From assembly GCA_017549185.1 (NCBI GenBank), contig JAFYVJ010000076.1, positions 25,048-89,047 of the forward strand: 64,000 nucleotides of DNA, written 5' to 3'. Both the position numbers and the translations under genes were made by a program. Each line of letters opens with the position of its first letter. The stretch's first letter is position 1. Below are positions 39,212 through 50,974 of the stretch, piece by piece. The stretch is from Roseburia sp. (GTDB lineage: Bacteria; Bacillota; Clostridia; Lachnospirales; Lachnospiraceae). The notes under the pieces are model-generated. The model was not told the origin of the DNA, did no database searches, and worked only from the letters and a program-made list of their open reading frames with translations.

Positions 39212-39419
39212 CTCTTCTCTTATTTCTTCTGCATAAACTCCTCCTATTCTACTTTTAATAAAAATTTTTACACTTTATACCTTAACCTATATTTTATCAC
39301 AAATCATGGAAGTATAACACACTCATTTTGTGTTTTATAGAATGTTTTTGCGAAACAATTGCGGATATTTCAAGGTGCATTCGGATGACCCCCTATGACT
39401 AAACATCTTTGCAATAAAA

Positions 39420-39452
39420 GAAAAGAGTGTTTCAAATTGCTTGAAACACTCT
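39420..39452 (-). terminator. Terminator after fba
   Basis: AGAGTGTTTCAA...TTGAAACACTCT with A tail. Confidence 0.75.
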
Positions 39453-39475
39453 GACTTTCAGTATTATATATGTTC

Positions 39476-40342
39476 TTATTCAGCTTTACCAACAGAACCA
39501 AATAATTCCATTTTTGTTTTAACACATTCTTTGATAGCTTCTGCACCTGGAGCTAATAACTTACGAGGGTCAAATCCTTTACCTTCTAAGTCTTTACCAG
39601 CTTCGATGTATTTACGTGTAGCTTCCTGGAATGCTAACTGACATTCTGTATTAACGTTAATCTTAGCAACTCCAAGAGAGATTGCTTTCTTAATCATATC
39701 TTCTGGGATACCTGTACCACCATGAAGAACTAATGGCATATCGCCTGTCTGCTGCTGGATAGCATCTAATGTCTCAAAGCTAAGACCTGCCCAGTTTGCT
39801 GGATATTTACCATGGATATTACCAATACCAGCTGCAAGCATATCTACACCAAGATCAGCGATCATCTTACATTCTGCTGGATCTGCACATTCACCAGCAC
39901 CGATAACGCCGTCTTCTTCACCACCAATAGAACCAACTTCTGCTTCGATAGATAATCCTAATGCATGAGCAACATGTACTAATTCTGTTGTTTTAGCAAC
40001 GTTCTCTTCGATTGGATAGTGTGAACCATCGAACATGATTGATGTGAAGCCTGCTTTAATACATTTGTAGCATCCTTCGTATGAGCCATGATCTAAGTGT
40101 AAAGCTACTGGAACTGTGATTCCTAATTCTTCGTCCATAGCTTTAACCATAGCTGCAACAGTCTTAAATCCTGTCATGTACTTACCAGCACCTTCAGATA
40201 CACCTAAGATAACTGGGGATTTTAATTCCTGTGCTGTTAAAAGAATAGATTTTGTCCATTCTAAGTTGTTGATGTTAAACTGTCCTACTGCGTAGTGACC
40301 AGCTTTTGCTTTGTCTAACATTTCTTTTGCAGATACTAACAT
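39476..40342 (-). CDS. fba: Class II fructose-1,6-bisphosphate aldolase
   Basis: AVGQFNINNLEW, LHLDHG, FDGSH, GNIHG, LVLHGGTG, KINVNTE; ATG 40342 after GGAGG. Confidence 0.95.
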   Translation of the reverse strand: MLVSAKEMLDKAKAGHYAVGQFNINNLEWTKSILLTAQELKSPVILGVSEGAGKYMTGFKTVAAMVKAMDEELGITVPVALHLDHGSYEGCYKCIKAGFTSIMFDGSHYPIEENVAKTTELVHVAHALGLSIEAEVGSIGGEEDGVIGAGECADPAECKMIADLGVDMLAAGIGNIHGKYPANWAGLSFETLDAIQQQTGDMPLVLHGGTGIPEDMIKKAISLGVAKINVNTECQLAFQEATRKYIEAGKDLEGKGFDPRKLLAPGAEAIKECVKTKMELFGSVGKAE

Positions 40343-40453
40343 TTTTCGTTCCTCCATTTATAAAAAATATTATTTTTCAAAGCTATTATAGCTCACTTCT
40401 CCTAAAAAATAAAGTATAATTTGAAAGAATTCTGAGCCAAGGCAATTTATACG

Positions 40454-41347
40454 TTACTGTTTGATAATGATATCTACTGCCTTTTGTATATTCCGAATTT
40501 CTACTTCTATATGGTCCCCACCATATTCACCATCCAATGTCCATGAAATCTCTTTCTTTGATGTAAATTTTACACGATTCGTCTTAAATGAATATATCAT
40601 ATCCGTATCATCCACCAAATTAACCAATGAAGCAATAATTTCGTTTAATTCCATCGGATTTTTCGGTTTTTTGATAAGTGTGACCTCAAAAACCCCATCA
40701 TTCAACTCTACGTCAGTTCCTGTCATTCCTTTAAAGCCCCCCACTGAGGTAGAATTTGTAACCATTCCATAGATAAATTCATCTTGAAAACAACAATTAT
40801 CGCACTCTACTTGCATACGAAAAGCAGGAATCTCATGAAGGCTTTTTATCCCTTCTAAAATATACGCCGCATGTCCAAACAGATTTTTCCATTCCTGGCT
40901 AGTCTTATACGAAACATCTGTAAATAATCCAAACGCCGCTACATAAATAAAATTATTACCATTGAACCAACCCACATCACAAGAAAACGGCTTTCCATTC
41001 ACTGCTACCTGAGTCGCTTGTATCATATCCTTAGGAATTCCTAAGGATGTAGCAAAATCGTTGGTACTACTCGCCGGAATATATCCCAGTGGAATCCTTT
41101 TTCCACAGTTCATTAGTCCACCTACTGTCTCGTCTAAAGTACCGTCACCGCCACTACACACGATTAAATCATACTGAGCTGCCTCTTTCTCTACCTTCAC
41201 TCTGGCATCATTTACTCGTTGAGTAGGATATATGGTTACATCATATTCTGCTTTCACCATAATATCTACAATTTCAAATAAATAATTTTTTATTAATGCT
41301 TTTCCCGAAAATGGATTAAATACAAATAATAATTTTTTCATTTCCAA
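40454..41347 (-). CDS. Diacylglycerol kinase family (YegS/Rv2252/BmrU) lipid kinase
   Basis: NPFSGK, GGDGTL, IPASSTNDFA, LDGE. Confidence 0.9.
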   Translation of the reverse strand: MEMKKLLFVFNPFSGKALIKNYLFEIVDIMVKAEYDVTIYPTQRVNDARVKVEKEAAQYDLIVCSGGDGTLDETVGGLMNCGKRIPLGYIPASSTNDFATSLGIPKDMIQATQVAVNGKPFSCDVGWFNGNNFIYVAAFGLFTDVSYKTSQEWKNLFGHAAYILEGIKSLHEIPAFRMQVECDNCCFQDEFIYGMVTNSTSVGGFKGMTGTDVELNDGVFEVTLIKKPKNPMELNEIIASLVNLVDDTDMIYSFKTNRVKFTSKKEISWTLDGEYGGDHIEVEIRNIQKAVDIIIKQ

Positions 41348-41361
41348 TTCCTTTATTCCTG

Positions 41362-41613
41362 CTATTTAGCAGATAAAAACGCCTCTAATGTTGTAATAGC
41401 TTCCTTTTCATCCGGTCCTTCGGCATCCACTACTACTTCTGTTCCATTCACCAATACTAAACTCATTACTCCCATAATACTCTTAGCATTCACACGTTTT
41501 GTATCCATTTCCAAATAAATCTTACTGGAAAACTGACTTGCTTTCTGTACCAGATGCGCTATTGGTCTGGCCTCTAATCCTGCATCTAAACCGATTGTTA
41601 CACTTTTTTTCAT
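41362..41613 (-). CDS. HPr-family phosphocarrier paralog (Crh-like; His15 replaced by Glu)
   Basis: GLEARP in place of GLHARP; NAKSIM Ser46 motif intact. Confidence 0.88.
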   Translation of the reverse strand: MKKSVTIGLDAGLEARPIAHLVQKASQFSSKIYLEMDTKRVNAKSIMGVMSLVLVNGTEVVVDAEGPDEKEAITTLEAFLSAK

Positions 41614-41633
41614 AGTTTTTCCTCAACTCTTTA

Positions 41634-42479
41634 CTACTTAACCCGCTCTCGTTCTGTCTCTGCTATGATGCTAATTTTGCGAAGTCTGTGATTTACACCA
41701 GATTTTCCTACGGCCGGGCTTAAATATGCACCCAATTCCTTAAGTGGGGCTTCCGGATATTCTAATCTCAATTCCGCAATCGCCCGCAAATTATCTGGTA
41801 ATGCCTCTAATCCGATTGTATCTCGGATATATATAATATCCTCTAATTGTTTTACTGCTGCATTTACTGTTTTGCTAATATTTGCCGTCTCACAGTTTAC
41901 TTTGCGGTTTACAGAATTTCTCATCTCTTTTAAAATCCTGACATTCTCTAAATTCATAAGTGCCACATGTGCCTCCATGACATTTAAAATATCTACAATC
42001 TGAGAACCTTCTTTTAAATAAACTACAAAATGTTTTTTTCGTTCTACAATCTTGGCATCCATCTCAAAAGTATTAATTACTTCCTGTAACTGTTTTGCTT
42101 GCTCTACTGTCTGGCAAACTACCTCGAAGTGATAAGACTTTTCCGGGTCACTAATAGACCCTGCTGCCAAAAATGCCCCTCTGATGTAGGCTCTTTTACA
42201 ACAACTCTGCTGTATCAACAAACCATCCACCGTATCTCTTAAAATAGGGACTCCTGCATGATTGTCCCACATTTTCACTGCCTCATACATCTTCTGCATG
42301 AAACTATTCTCTATACTTTCCGTATCGCACAGATGTCGAAACAAAATGTATTTTTTTTCATCCGTTAATGGATTATCTGACTCCCATGCCATAATCGCTG
42401 CCATTTCAGCAATCTGACAATGTCTGCTTTTCCCCACATGATGAAACAATTCTTCTTTTACTTCACTTGAAAATGACAT
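41634..42479 (-). CDS. whiA: DNA-binding protein WhiA
   Basis: MSFSSEVKEEL, YIRGAFLAAGSISDPEKSYHFE, NRKVNCETANI, KSGVNHRLRKI. Confidence 0.93.
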   Translation of the reverse strand: MSFSSEVKEELFHHVGKSRHCQIAEMAAIMAWESDNPLTDEKKYILFRHLCDTESIENSFMQKMYEAVKMWDNHAGVPILRDTVDGLLIQQSCCKRAYIRGAFLAAGSISDPEKSYHFEVVCQTVEQAKQLQEVINTFEMDAKIVERKKHFVVYLKEGSQIVDILNVMEAHVALMNLENVRILKEMRNSVNRKVNCETANISKTVNAAVKQLEDIIYIRDTIGLEALPDNLRAIAELRLEYPEAPLKELGAYLSPAVGKSGVNHRLRKISIIAETERERVK

Positions 42480-43355
42480 TTATTTTCCTCTTAACGCATC
42501 TTTTCCAATATCCCGATGCTCAATTTTAAGTCCATATTCTGTCTTACCAGAAAGTCGTTTATGCAATTCATTCGCCAAAGTTACCGAACGGTGCTTACCA
42601 CCTGTACACCCGATAGAAATAACCAATTGATTCTTACCTTCCGCAATATAATTTGGAATTAAAAATTCAACCATATCAGTTAGCTTCTCCAAAAACACAT
42701 GAGCCTCTTTAAACTGAAGCACATAATCCTGAATCTCTATATCGTTACCAGTTTTTGCACGAAGTCCTTCTACATAAAACGGATTCGGCAGAAAACGTAC
42801 ATCAAAAACCAAATCAGAATCCACAGGTATACCATACTTAAAACCAAAGGATAGTACTGTGATAAACAAATTTTTATAGTCTTGATTTTTCAAAAAGATT
42901 TTCTCAATCTCTGCTTTTAATTCTCTTGTTAAAAGCTGACTGGTATCTAAAATATAGTCTGCTCGTTTCTTTAAAAATGCCAGTCTTTCTCTTTCTAATG
43001 CAATGCCTTTATCTACACGCTCGTTCGGTGCTAATGGATGGCTTCTTCTGGTCTCTTTATAACGTTTTACTAAAATACCATCATCTGCATCCAGAAAAAG
43101 TATCTCAAAATCTTCTCCTTTTGCTTCGATGCGTTCTAAAACCTCACGCAATTCCTCCAATGCCTGTCCACTTCGTGCATCAATGCCCAATGCAACTTTC
43201 TGCAGTTCCCCATTCTGAATCTCAGAAAGTTCTACAAACTTTTCCAATAGAGGAATTGGCAGATTGTCCACACAGTAAAAACCGATATCTTCCATCATTT
43301 TAAGAGCAGTACTTTTTCCTGCACCTGACATTCCGGTTAAAATTACGAATTTCAT
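42480..43355 (-). CDS. rapZ: RNase adapter RapZ (YvcJ)
   Basis: TGMSGAGKS, CVDNLP, SFGFKYG, DVRFLPNP, GCTGGKHRSV. Confidence 0.95.
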   Translation of the reverse strand: MKFVILTGMSGAGKSTALKMMEDIGFYCVDNLPIPLLEKFVELSEIQNGELQKVALGIDARSGQALEELREVLERIEAKGEDFEILFLDADDGILVKRYKETRRSHPLAPNERVDKGIALERERLAFLKKRADYILDTSQLLTRELKAEIEKIFLKNQDYKNLFITVLSFGFKYGIPVDSDLVFDVRFLPNPFYVEGLRAKTGNDIEIQDYVLQFKEAHVFLEKLTDMVEFLIPNYIAEGKNQLVISIGCTGGKHRSVTLANELHKRLSGKTEYGLKIEHRDIGKDALRGK

Positions 43356-43358
43356 AAA

Positions 43359-44267
43359 TTAAAATTCTCCAATCATTTTTACTTCCGGTTCCAATTTCAC
43401 ACCAAACTGTGCTTCTACTTTATCAGAAACGTCCTGCATTAACTGTAGAATATCCGCAGCCGTTGCATGATCCTTATTAATTACAAAGCCACAATGTTTT
43501 TCAGCCACCTGTGCTCCGCCAACCTGATAACCGCGAAGTCCTGCTTCCATAATCAGCTTGCCTGCAAAATAACCTTCCGGTCGCTTGAACGTGCTGCCTG
43601 CACTTGGATATTCCAATGGTTGTTTTGTCACGCGCTGCTCTCTTAATTCTGCCATTTTAGTGCGAATCTCACCTACATCTCCTCGACAAAGCTTTAATTT
43701 GGCTTTTAAAACCACATAACCTTTTTCCAGAATGCAACTATGACGATAACCTAAATCTAACTCTTCTACGGATAATTCTTTCTGATTACCATCTGTATCC
43801 AATACCAACACACTCGTAATGACCTCTTTCATCTCGCCACCGTAGGCACCGGCATTCATCACCACTGCACCACCTAAGGTACCCGGAATACCTGCTGCAA
43901 ATTCAAATCCTGCCAATCCATTCCCTGCTGCTAACACTGCTATCTGTCCAAGGGTACATCCTGCACCTGCCGTAATCGATTCTCCATCACACAGAATATC
44001 TCCCATGAGATTTGTAACAGCAATAACCACACCTCGAATACCTTTATCTCCTACCAACAGATTGCTTCCATTACCTATTATATGATATGGAAGGCTATGT
44101 CTTTTACATAATGCGATGACTTCCGGTAAACTTTCCGTATCAGGTGTAACCAGCACGTCAGCTGGTCCACCCACACGAAATGTTGTATGTTGTTTCATTG
44201 GCTCATTTACATGAATCCAAGAATTATCTATTTTTTCTTTTAACTCGTTCAAAAACTCGTTATACAT
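43359..44267 (-). CDS. murB: UDP-N-acetylmuramate dehydrogenase
   Basis: HTTFRVGGPA, GNGSNLL, GIPGTLGGAVVMNAGAYG, PSAGSTFKRP. Confidence 0.95.
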   Translation of the reverse strand: MYNEFLNELKEKIDNSWIHVNEPMKQHTTFRVGGPADVLVTPDTESLPEVIALCKRHSLPYHIIGNGSNLLVGDKGIRGVVIAVTNLMGDILCDGESITAGAGCTLGQIAVLAAGNGLAGFEFAAGIPGTLGGAVVMNAGAYGGEMKEVITSVLVLDTDGNQKELSVEELDLGYRHSCILEKGYVVLKAKLKLCRGDVGEIRTKMAELREQRVTKQPLEYPSAGSTFKRPEGYFAGKLIMEAGLRGYQVGGAQVAEKHCGFVINKDHATAADILQLMQDVSDKVEAQFGVKLEPEVKMIGEF

Positions 44268-44268
44268 A

Positions 44269-45672
44269 TTATTTTTCCTTCAAGAATGCTACATAGCCTC
44301 TATATGCTTCATATAAGTCAACTTTACTGATGATTTCCCATGGTGCATGCATGTTAAGGACTGCTACACCGCTATCAATTACGTTCATGCCGTAATTTGC
44401 GAGAATATAAGCGATTGTTCCGCCGCCTCCCTGGTCTACTTTACCAAGTTCTGCGGTCTGGAATGATACTTCATTACGTTCCATAATGTCTCTTAACTGT
44501 CCAACATATTCTGCATTGGCATCGTTAGAACCACCTTTTCCTCTAGAACCTGTATATTTATTAAATACAAGACCTTTGCCAAAATATGCAGTATTTGCTT
44601 TTGTCATAACAGATGGGAAGTTTGGATCAAACGCTGCTGATACGTCAGATGAAAGTACTTTTGAATTTCTTAATGCACGGCGTAATTTGAGTTCTGAATA
44701 TTCGCCTGCTAAATTCATTACTTCTGCTACGGTATCCTCGAAGAAACGAGACTGCATACCACTTGCACCGACACTTCCTATTTCTTCTTTATCAACTAAC
44801 AAACAAACACTTGTATATTCTGGTTCAACCATATCTGCAATCGCGGCATAAGATGGATAAGCACATACTCTATCATCATGTCCGTACCCCATAATCATAC
44901 TGCGGTCAAATCCGTAATCTCTTGCATCACCAGCAGGCACTACTTCGATTTCTGCCGAAAGGAAATCTTCCTCTTCTATACCATATTCTGCTGTTAAGAG
45001 ATTCATGATATTTGCTTTTACTTTCTCTTTTGCCTTATCTTTATCCTCTTTGTCAGAGTCATCTAATGGAATACTTCCAATAAGAACGTCAAGATTCTCA
45101 CCTTCGATAATCTTGCCTGCTTTTTTCTCCATCTGGTCTGCTGCAAGATGTGGTAATAAATCTGTAATACCGAATACAGGATCACCCGGTTTGTCACCAA
45201 CATTTACATTCACTACTGTACCATCTTTCTTCACAATGATTCCATGAAGTGCAAGTGGAAGTGTTACCCACTGATATTTTTTGATACCACCATAGTAATG
45301 TGTATCAAGCAATGCAAAATCTGTATTCTCATATAATGGATCCTGTTTTAAGTCTAAACGTGGAGAGTCGATATGTGCTCCTAAAATGCTCATACCTGCT
45401 TCTAAACTCTTCTTACCCATTACGAATAATGCAAGGCCTTTTCCCATGTTATTTGCATATATTTTATCGCCAGCTTTTAATGTACCGCCATTTGCAATGA
45501 TCGTATCAAGATTCACAAATCCTGCTTTTTCTGCCATTTCGATTGTGTAAGTTACACATTCACGTTCTGTCTTACACTCTGAAATGAATTTACGATAACC
45601 TTCTGCAAATGTCATTACCGCATCTCTTTTTTCTCCTACTGGGTATTTCTCCCATGCATTTTTTCTTTCCAT
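44269..45672 (-). CDS. M18 family aminopeptidase
   Basis: GAHIDSPRLDLK, HYYGGIKKYQW, DDRVC, DKEEIGS, GGGGTIA, MHAPWE. Confidence 0.92.
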   Translation of the reverse strand: MERKNAWEKYPVGEKRDAVMTFAEGYRKFISECKTERECVTYTIEMAEKAGFVNLDTIIANGGTLKAGDKIYANNMGKGLALFVMGKKSLEAGMSILGAHIDSPRLDLKQDPLYENTDFALLDTHYYGGIKKYQWVTLPLALHGIIVKKDGTVVNVNVGDKPGDPVFGITDLLPHLAADQMEKKAGKIIEGENLDVLIGSIPLDDSDKEDKDKAKEKVKANIMNLLTAEYGIEEEDFLSAEIEVVPAGDARDYGFDRSMIMGYGHDDRVCAYPSYAAIADMVEPEYTSVCLLVDKEEIGSVGASGMQSRFFEDTVAEVMNLAGEYSELKLRRALRNSKVLSSDVSAAFDPNFPSVMTKANTAYFGKGLVFNKYTGSRGKGGSNDANAEYVGQLRDIMERNEVSFQTAELGKVDQGGGGTIAYILANYGMNVIDSGVAVLNMHAPWEIISKVDLYEAYRGYVAFLKEK

Positions 45673-45803
45673 ATTTTCTAATTCTCCTATTTCTTCTTTT
45701 TCCAGTCATCGAATATTCATCCAGTACAACTGCAAACACAATGACCAACCTCCCGCTCTACGGGCTGTATATTTTATAAGCTTTGCTTATTTAATATTTT
45801 AAT

Positions 45804-46754
45804 CTATTCATCATCTTCCTGACTCTTGGTCATATTTTCCTGCCAACGACGATATAATTCCTGTGCCGCGTTATAGCCCTGTTTCTTCTGACGATGATTT
45901 ACCGCTGCTGTTTCACAGATAACAGCAAGATTACGTCCTGGACGAATCGGCAATGAATGACAAACTACTTTGTTCCCCAGAATCTCGGTGTATTCTTCCT
46001 CCATTCCAAGTCGGTCATATTCTTTGTCCTTTTTCCACTCTTCCAACTTGATAACAAGGTCAATCTCCTGCTTCTCTTTTACACTTTCTACACCGTATAA
46101 GTTCTTTACATCTACAATACCAATACCTCTAAGTTCAATAAAATATCTGGTAATATCCGGCGAGGTACCAATTAACTTATGTTCATTAATTTTACGGATT
46201 TCTACTACATCATCCGTAACCAGACGATGCCCGCGTCGCAATAATTCTAAAGCCGCCTCGCTCTTACCGATACCGCTTTCACCCATAATCAAAAGACCTT
46301 CACCATATACGTCTACTAAAACGCCATGGATTGAAATACACGGTGCAAGCCATTCGCCCAGACAATAAATCAACTCCGACATAAATTCAGAGGTACTGCG
46401 TTTCGTTCCTAAAACAGGAACACTATTCTCCTCAGCAATCTTTAAAAACAATTCATCCGGCTGCAAATCTCTGCAGAAAATGATACATGGCATATCATAT
46501 GACAAAAACTCCGTGTAAATCTCTTTTTTTCGCTCGGCATCCATATGCTGAAGATAAGTATATTCTACATTACCGATAATCTGTACTCGTGTTTGTGCAA
46601 AATGCTCAAAGAAACCGCTAAGCTGTAACGCCGGACGATTTACATCATTACTCATAACACGATGTCCTTTTAAATCTATGTCCGGCAAAAAATTATAAAG
46701 GTCCATAATCTGTACTATCTTTGACACCCCAACTCCATTTGTAGTTCCACTCAT
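45804..46754 (-). CDS. hprK: HPr(Ser) kinase/phosphorylase
   Basis: HGVLVDVYGEG, GESGIGKSEAALEL, LVTDD, ELRGIGI, PIRPGRN. Confidence 0.96.
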   Translation of the reverse strand: MSGTTNGVGVSKIVQIMDLYNFLPDIDLKGHRVMSNDVNRPALQLSGFFEHFAQTRVQIIGNVEYTYLQHMDAERKKEIYTEFLSYDMPCIIFCRDLQPDELFLKIAEENSVPVLGTKRSTSEFMSELIYCLGEWLAPCISIHGVLVDVYGEGLLIMGESGIGKSEAALELLRRGHRLVTDDVVEIRKINEHKLIGTSPDITRYFIELRGIGIVDVKNLYGVESVKEKQEIDLVIKLEEWKKDKEYDRLGMEEEYTEILGNKVVCHSLPIRPGRNLAVICETAAVNHRQKKQGYNAAQELYRRWQENMTKSQEDDE

Positions 46755-46784
46755 ATTCGTACACGCACCTTTCTATGATATTAC

Positions 46785-46916
46785 GTAATTATTCAGTATC
46801 TTCATAACCACGATTCTCCAATCCATAAAAACCGGCTTTGCCGATGGGATTTACTAAAACTCGAATCATTTTCTGGCAGTCTGCACCATCAATGCACAGA
46901 CCTACTGAATGGTTAT
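46785..46916. repeat. Intergenic palindromic element (GTAACTATTCAG family, divergent copy)
   Basis: Ends GTAATTATTCAGTA ... TACTGAATGGTTAT. Confidence 0.6.
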
Positions 46917-46977
46917 CATATCACATATAAATATAGCATACTAGCTCAATTTCTTCAACTTTTATGATATCTCACAG

Positions 46978-48852
46978 TTAGTGTTCAACTACTGCATTTC
47001 GAAAAAATTCATATACTGCCCAAGCAGATTTTTCGTTCATACTCTCTGTATCCATTAGGTCTTCCACACTGGCAGCTTTAATCGCATCCAAAGACTGATA
47101 TTTCTTCATCAGTGCTTTGCGTCTCGAAGGACCAATCCCCGGTATATCATCCAATACGGAATGCACCTGTTCTTTACTTCTTAATGAACGATGATACTCA
47201 ATAGCAAAACGATGTGCTTCATCCTGAATACGGGTAATCAGTTTGAACCCTTCACTATGGGTATCTATCGGTATCTCGATATTATTATAATATAAACCAC
47301 GCGTTCTGTGATTGTCATCTTTTACCATACCACAGACCGGAATATTTAATCCCAGTTCTTCTAATACCTGCAAGCAGATATTTACCTGTCCGCGTCCACC
47401 ATCCATCATAATCAAATCCGGAAATCGAGAAAAACTGCCGTACTCTTCGGATAGTTCTTTTTCTTTTAATTCCTGCTGTTCATTCACACCATGCGTAAAA
47501 CGTCTCGTCAACACTTCGTGCATGGAAGCATAATCATCCGGTCCTGTAATCGTGCGAAGTTTAAACTTACGATAATCACTGCGTTTTGGCTTTCCTTTTT
47601 CATAAACAATCATGGAACCTACTGTTTCAAAACCATTGATATTAGAAATATCATATGCTTCCATACGAACGATGTCCTGCATGTCCAAAAGTTTTTCAAT
47701 TTCTTTTACTGCACCAATCGTTCTACCTTCCTCACGACGCATTTTTTCTTTATCCTGATTCAGTACTAATCTGGCATTCTTTTGTGCAAGTTCTACTAGC
47801 TTTTCTTTTACACCTTTTTGCGGCACACGAATATATACTTTGCTCCCTCGTCGTTCTGCCAGCCAGTTTTCTAACACTTCCTTCTCATCAATATCCTGTG
47901 GAAGAATGATTTCTCTTGGGATAAATGGTGTTCCAGAATAAAACTGTTTGATAAAAGTTGTAATAATCTGTGTTCTGGTATCTTCCGTACCAATACGCAC
48001 ATAAAAATGGTCTCGCCCAATAAGCTTCCCGCCACGGATAAAAAACACCTGTACCACAGCATCGTTGTCATCTTTTGCTAACGCTACAATATCCTTATCT
48101 TCACCATTGGTATGCGTAATTTTTTGTTTCTGCGCAATCTGTTTTACACTGCCTAACAATTCCCTATATTCAATCGCTTTTTCAAACTCCATATCTTCAG
48201 AAGCCTGTAACATTTTTTCTTCCAAAGACTTCATAATCCCTGTATAATTTCCATTTAAAAATTCTAACGCCGCGTCTATTTTTTCCCTATAGCCCTCTTT
48301 ACTGATATACGCCTGACATGGTGCGTCACACTGATGAATGTGATAATTCAAACATGGACGTTCCTTCCCGGTATCTCTTGGAAGATTACGGTTACAGGTA
48401 CGTAGTTGATAGAGTTTATTTATCATCTCTATGGTATCCTTTACCGCTCCAGCGCTTGTATATGGTCCAAAATAACGAGATTTATCTTTCTTTTGTTGAC
48501 GTGAAAAGAGGACCCTTGGAAAATCTTCTCCAAGAGTCACCCTAATGTACGGATACGTTTTATCATCCCGAAGCATCGTGTTATACTTTGGACGATGCTC
48601 TTTTATTAAATTACATTCTAATACCAAAGCTTCCAATTCCGAATCTGTGACGATGTACTCAAATCGAGCAATTTGTTTTACCATCTGTGCTTTCTTGATA
48701 CCCTCGTCATGGCTCGGTTGAAAATACTGGTGTACACGCTTTCGCAGACTGACTGCCTTACCGATATAGATAATCACATCTCGACTGTCATGCATAATAT
48801 AGACACCCGGCTGATCCGGAAGCTTTTTTAATTCCTCTTGGATGTTAAACAT
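46978..48852 (-). CDS. uvrC: Excinuclease ABC subunit C
   Basis: GIY-YIG PGVYIM...[32 protein letters not shown] and HhH; start MFNIQEEL at 48852. Confidence 0.96.
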   Translation of the reverse strand: MFNIQEELKKLPDQPGVYIMHDSRDVIIYIGKAVSLRKRVHQYFQPSHDEGIKKAQMVKQIARFEYIVTDSELEALVLECNLIKEHRPKYNTMLRDDKTYPYIRVTLGEDFPRVLFSRQQKKDKSRYFGPYTSAGAVKDTIEMINKLYQLRTCNRNLPRDTGKERPCLNYHIHQCDAPCQAYISKEGYREKIDAALEFLNGNYTGIMKSLEEKMLQASEDMEFEKAIEYRELLGSVKQIAQKQKITHTNGEDKDIVALAKDDNDAVVQVFFIRGGKLIGRDHFYVRIGTEDTRTQIITTFIKQFYSGTPFIPREIILPQDIDEKEVLENWLAERRGSKVYIRVPQKGVKEKLVELAQKNARLVLNQDKEKMRREEGRTIGAVKEIEKLLDMQDIVRMEAYDISNINGFETVGSMIVYEKGKPKRSDYRKFKLRTITGPDDYASMHEVLTRRFTHGVNEQQELKEKELSEEYGSFSRFPDLIMMDGGRGQVNICLQVLEELGLNIPVCGMVKDDNHRTRGLYYNNIEIPIDTHSEGFKLITRIQDEAHRFAIEYHRSLRSKEQVHSVLDDIPGIGPSRRKALMKKYQSLDAIKAASVEDLMDTESMNEKSAWAVYEFFRNAVVEH

Positions 48853-48868
48853 ATTTCTTCTCCAAACT

Positions 48869-50938
48869 TTATGCTTCCTCGGTCTCTTCTGAAGCATTTG
48901 TTTCATCTGTCACCAACACATCGATCGTCTGAGGAGTGTCCTCACTTATTTCTTTTGATTCACTGACAGATAATTTGCCTTCTGCCTCTAATGCCTGCTC
49001 CATGAAGCTCTTTTTATCGCTTTCTTCTTCTGTTTCCGGGATTCCCTTAATCTGGCGGAAAATCTTCATAAACTCTTTACCAGTAATTGTCTCGTGCTCA
49101 TACAAGTACTCAGAAATCTTATCCAAGCATTCACGGTTGTCTACCAACATCTGCATTGCTTCGGAATAACACTGATTGATAAGCTTTAATACTTCTTTAT
49201 CTAATTCTGCTCGAGTTGCACTAGCAACGTTATAACTTGCCTGATAATCCAAATATTTATTCTCCGTAGATGCCAGACACATCATACCAAATTTATCCGA
49301 CATACCAAATCTGGCAATCATAGCTGTCGCTATATTAGTAGCGTGTTCAATATCATTGGCTGCTCCACTGGTAGCGGATTCAAATACCAACATTTCTGCC
49401 GCACGCCCTGCCATGTAGGTGCGAATTTTAGCCAACAATTCTTCCTTGGTCTGTAAATATTTTTCTTCTTCCGGTGTCTGAAGAGTATATCCTAATGCCC
49501 CCATGGTACGTGGTACAATCGTAATCTTCTGAACCGGTTCTGTATCTTTCGATAACGCTGCAACGATTGCATGACCCACTTCATGGTAAGCTACAATCTT
49601 GAGTTCCTGTTCACTCATAACACGGTCTTTTTTCTCTTTACCACCTACTGCCACCAATTCAAAGGCTTCAAATAAATCTGCCTGATTTACATATTTTCTG
49701 CCCTTCTTAACAGCACAGATAGCCGCCTCATTGACCATATTCGCAAGATCAGAACCTACTAAACCTGCTGTCGCTAATGCAATCGCATCTAAATCTACCG
49801 TTTCATCCATCATAACGTCTTTTGAGTGAACTTTTAAAGTATCCAGACGTCCCTTTAAATCCGGTTTATCTACAATGATACGACGGTCAAAACGTCCCGG
49901 ACGAAGCAATGCCTTATCCAAAACTTCCGGTCTATTTGTAGCAGCTAAGATTAACAATCCCTTAGAAGTGTCAAAACCATCCATCTCTGCTAACAACTGG
50001 TTTAATGTCTGCTCACGTTCGTCATTACCACCACCAAAACGAGAATCACGGCTTTTACCAATCGCATCAATCTCATCAATAAAAATAATACATGGAGCCG
50101 CTTTCTGAGCGTCCTGGAACAAATCACGCACTCGTGCTGCACCTACACCAACAAACATCTCTACAAAATCAGAACCTGCCAACGAGAAGAATGGTACACC
50201 CGCTTCACCTGCAACCGCTTTAGCAAGCAACGTTTTACCTGTACCAGGAGGTCCCACCAAAAGAGCTCCCTTTGGTAACTTCGCACCAATTTCTTTATAC
50301 TTCATAGGATTATTTAAAAAGTCTACCACTTCCTGTAAAGATTCTTTTGCCTCATCCTGACCTGCTACATCCTTAAATGTAACGCCTGTGGTACGCTCCA
50401 TATTGAACACTTTCGCTTTGCTCTTGCCAACACCCATGGCACCGCCACCCATACGCTTCATCAAAAAGCCCATGAGCACCCAAATTAAAGCCAATGGTAA
50501 TATCATGCTTAATATATTATAAAGCCATGTAGAAGTGTTGTCCGGAATCGCACGTGAAATCTCCACACCTTCTGCCTTCAATAATGGCAATAATTCTTCA
50601 TCGCTGATATATCCGCAGTAATAATTTATCTGCTGCTCATAAAATCCGGTTTCTACTTCTTTAGGAGTAATGTTAATCTGATAAGTATCAAATTCTACAG
50701 CTTCTACCTGATCTGCTTCTACCATTTCCAAAAACTCACTATATGTGATTTCTTTCGTGCTCATTTCCGTAAAACGATTCATTAGCATCGTCATAAAAAA
50801 CAGTACAATCAACGAAGTAATCGCATATACCATGAAAGTATGACCACCACGGTTATTCTTCCCATTGTTCTGATTATCATTTCCATTATTTCGGTTATCT
50901 CCGCCATTCGGCTGGTTTCCCTTATTATAATTATCCAT
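48869..50938 (-). CDS. ftsH: ATP-dependent zinc metalloprotease FtsH
   Basis: Two TM segments, [26 protein letters not shown]. Confidence 0.95.
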   Translation of the reverse strand: MDNYNKGNQPNGGDNRNNGNDNQNNGKNNRGGHTFMVYAITSLIVLFFMTMLMNRFTEMSTKEITYSEFLEMVEADQVEAVEFDTYQINITPKEVETGFYEQQINYYCGYISDEELLPLLKAEGVEISRAIPDNTSTWLYNILSMILPLALIWVLMGFLMKRMGGGAMGVGKSKAKVFNMERTTGVTFKDVAGQDEAKESLQEVVDFLNNPMKYKEIGAKLPKGALLVGPPGTGKTLLAKAVAGEAGVPFFSLAGSDFVEMFVGVGAARVRDLFQDAQKAAPCIIFIDEIDAIGKSRDSRFGGGNDEREQTLNQLLAEMDGFDTSKGLLILAATNRPEVLDKALLRPGRFDRRIIVDKPDLKGRLDTLKVHSKDVMMDETVDLDAIALATAGLVGSDLANMVNEAAICAVKKGRKYVNQADLFEAFELVAVGGKEKKDRVMSEQELKIVAYHEVGHAIVAALSKDTEPVQKITIVPRTMGALGYTLQTPEEEKYLQTKEELLAKIRTYMAGRAAEMLVFESATSGAANDIEHATNIATAMIARFGMSDKFGMMCLASTENKYLDYQASYNVASATRAELDKEVLKLINQCYSEAMQMLVDNRECLDKISEYLYEHETITGKEFMKIFRQIKGIPETEEESDKKSFMEQALEAEGKLSVSESKEISEDTPQTIDVLVTDETNASEETEEA

Positions 50939-50974
50939 ATAATTACCTTTCCTTTGTTTAAGTTACCTTATATT

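Noticed and set aside
41634-42479. WhiA as a homing endonuclease or pseudogene (somewhat short N-terminal region)
   Set aside because: The LAGLIDADG-like fold is the known domesticated WhiA domain. The ORF is continuous, conserved motifs are intact and it is in its usual rapZ-whiA-HPr context.
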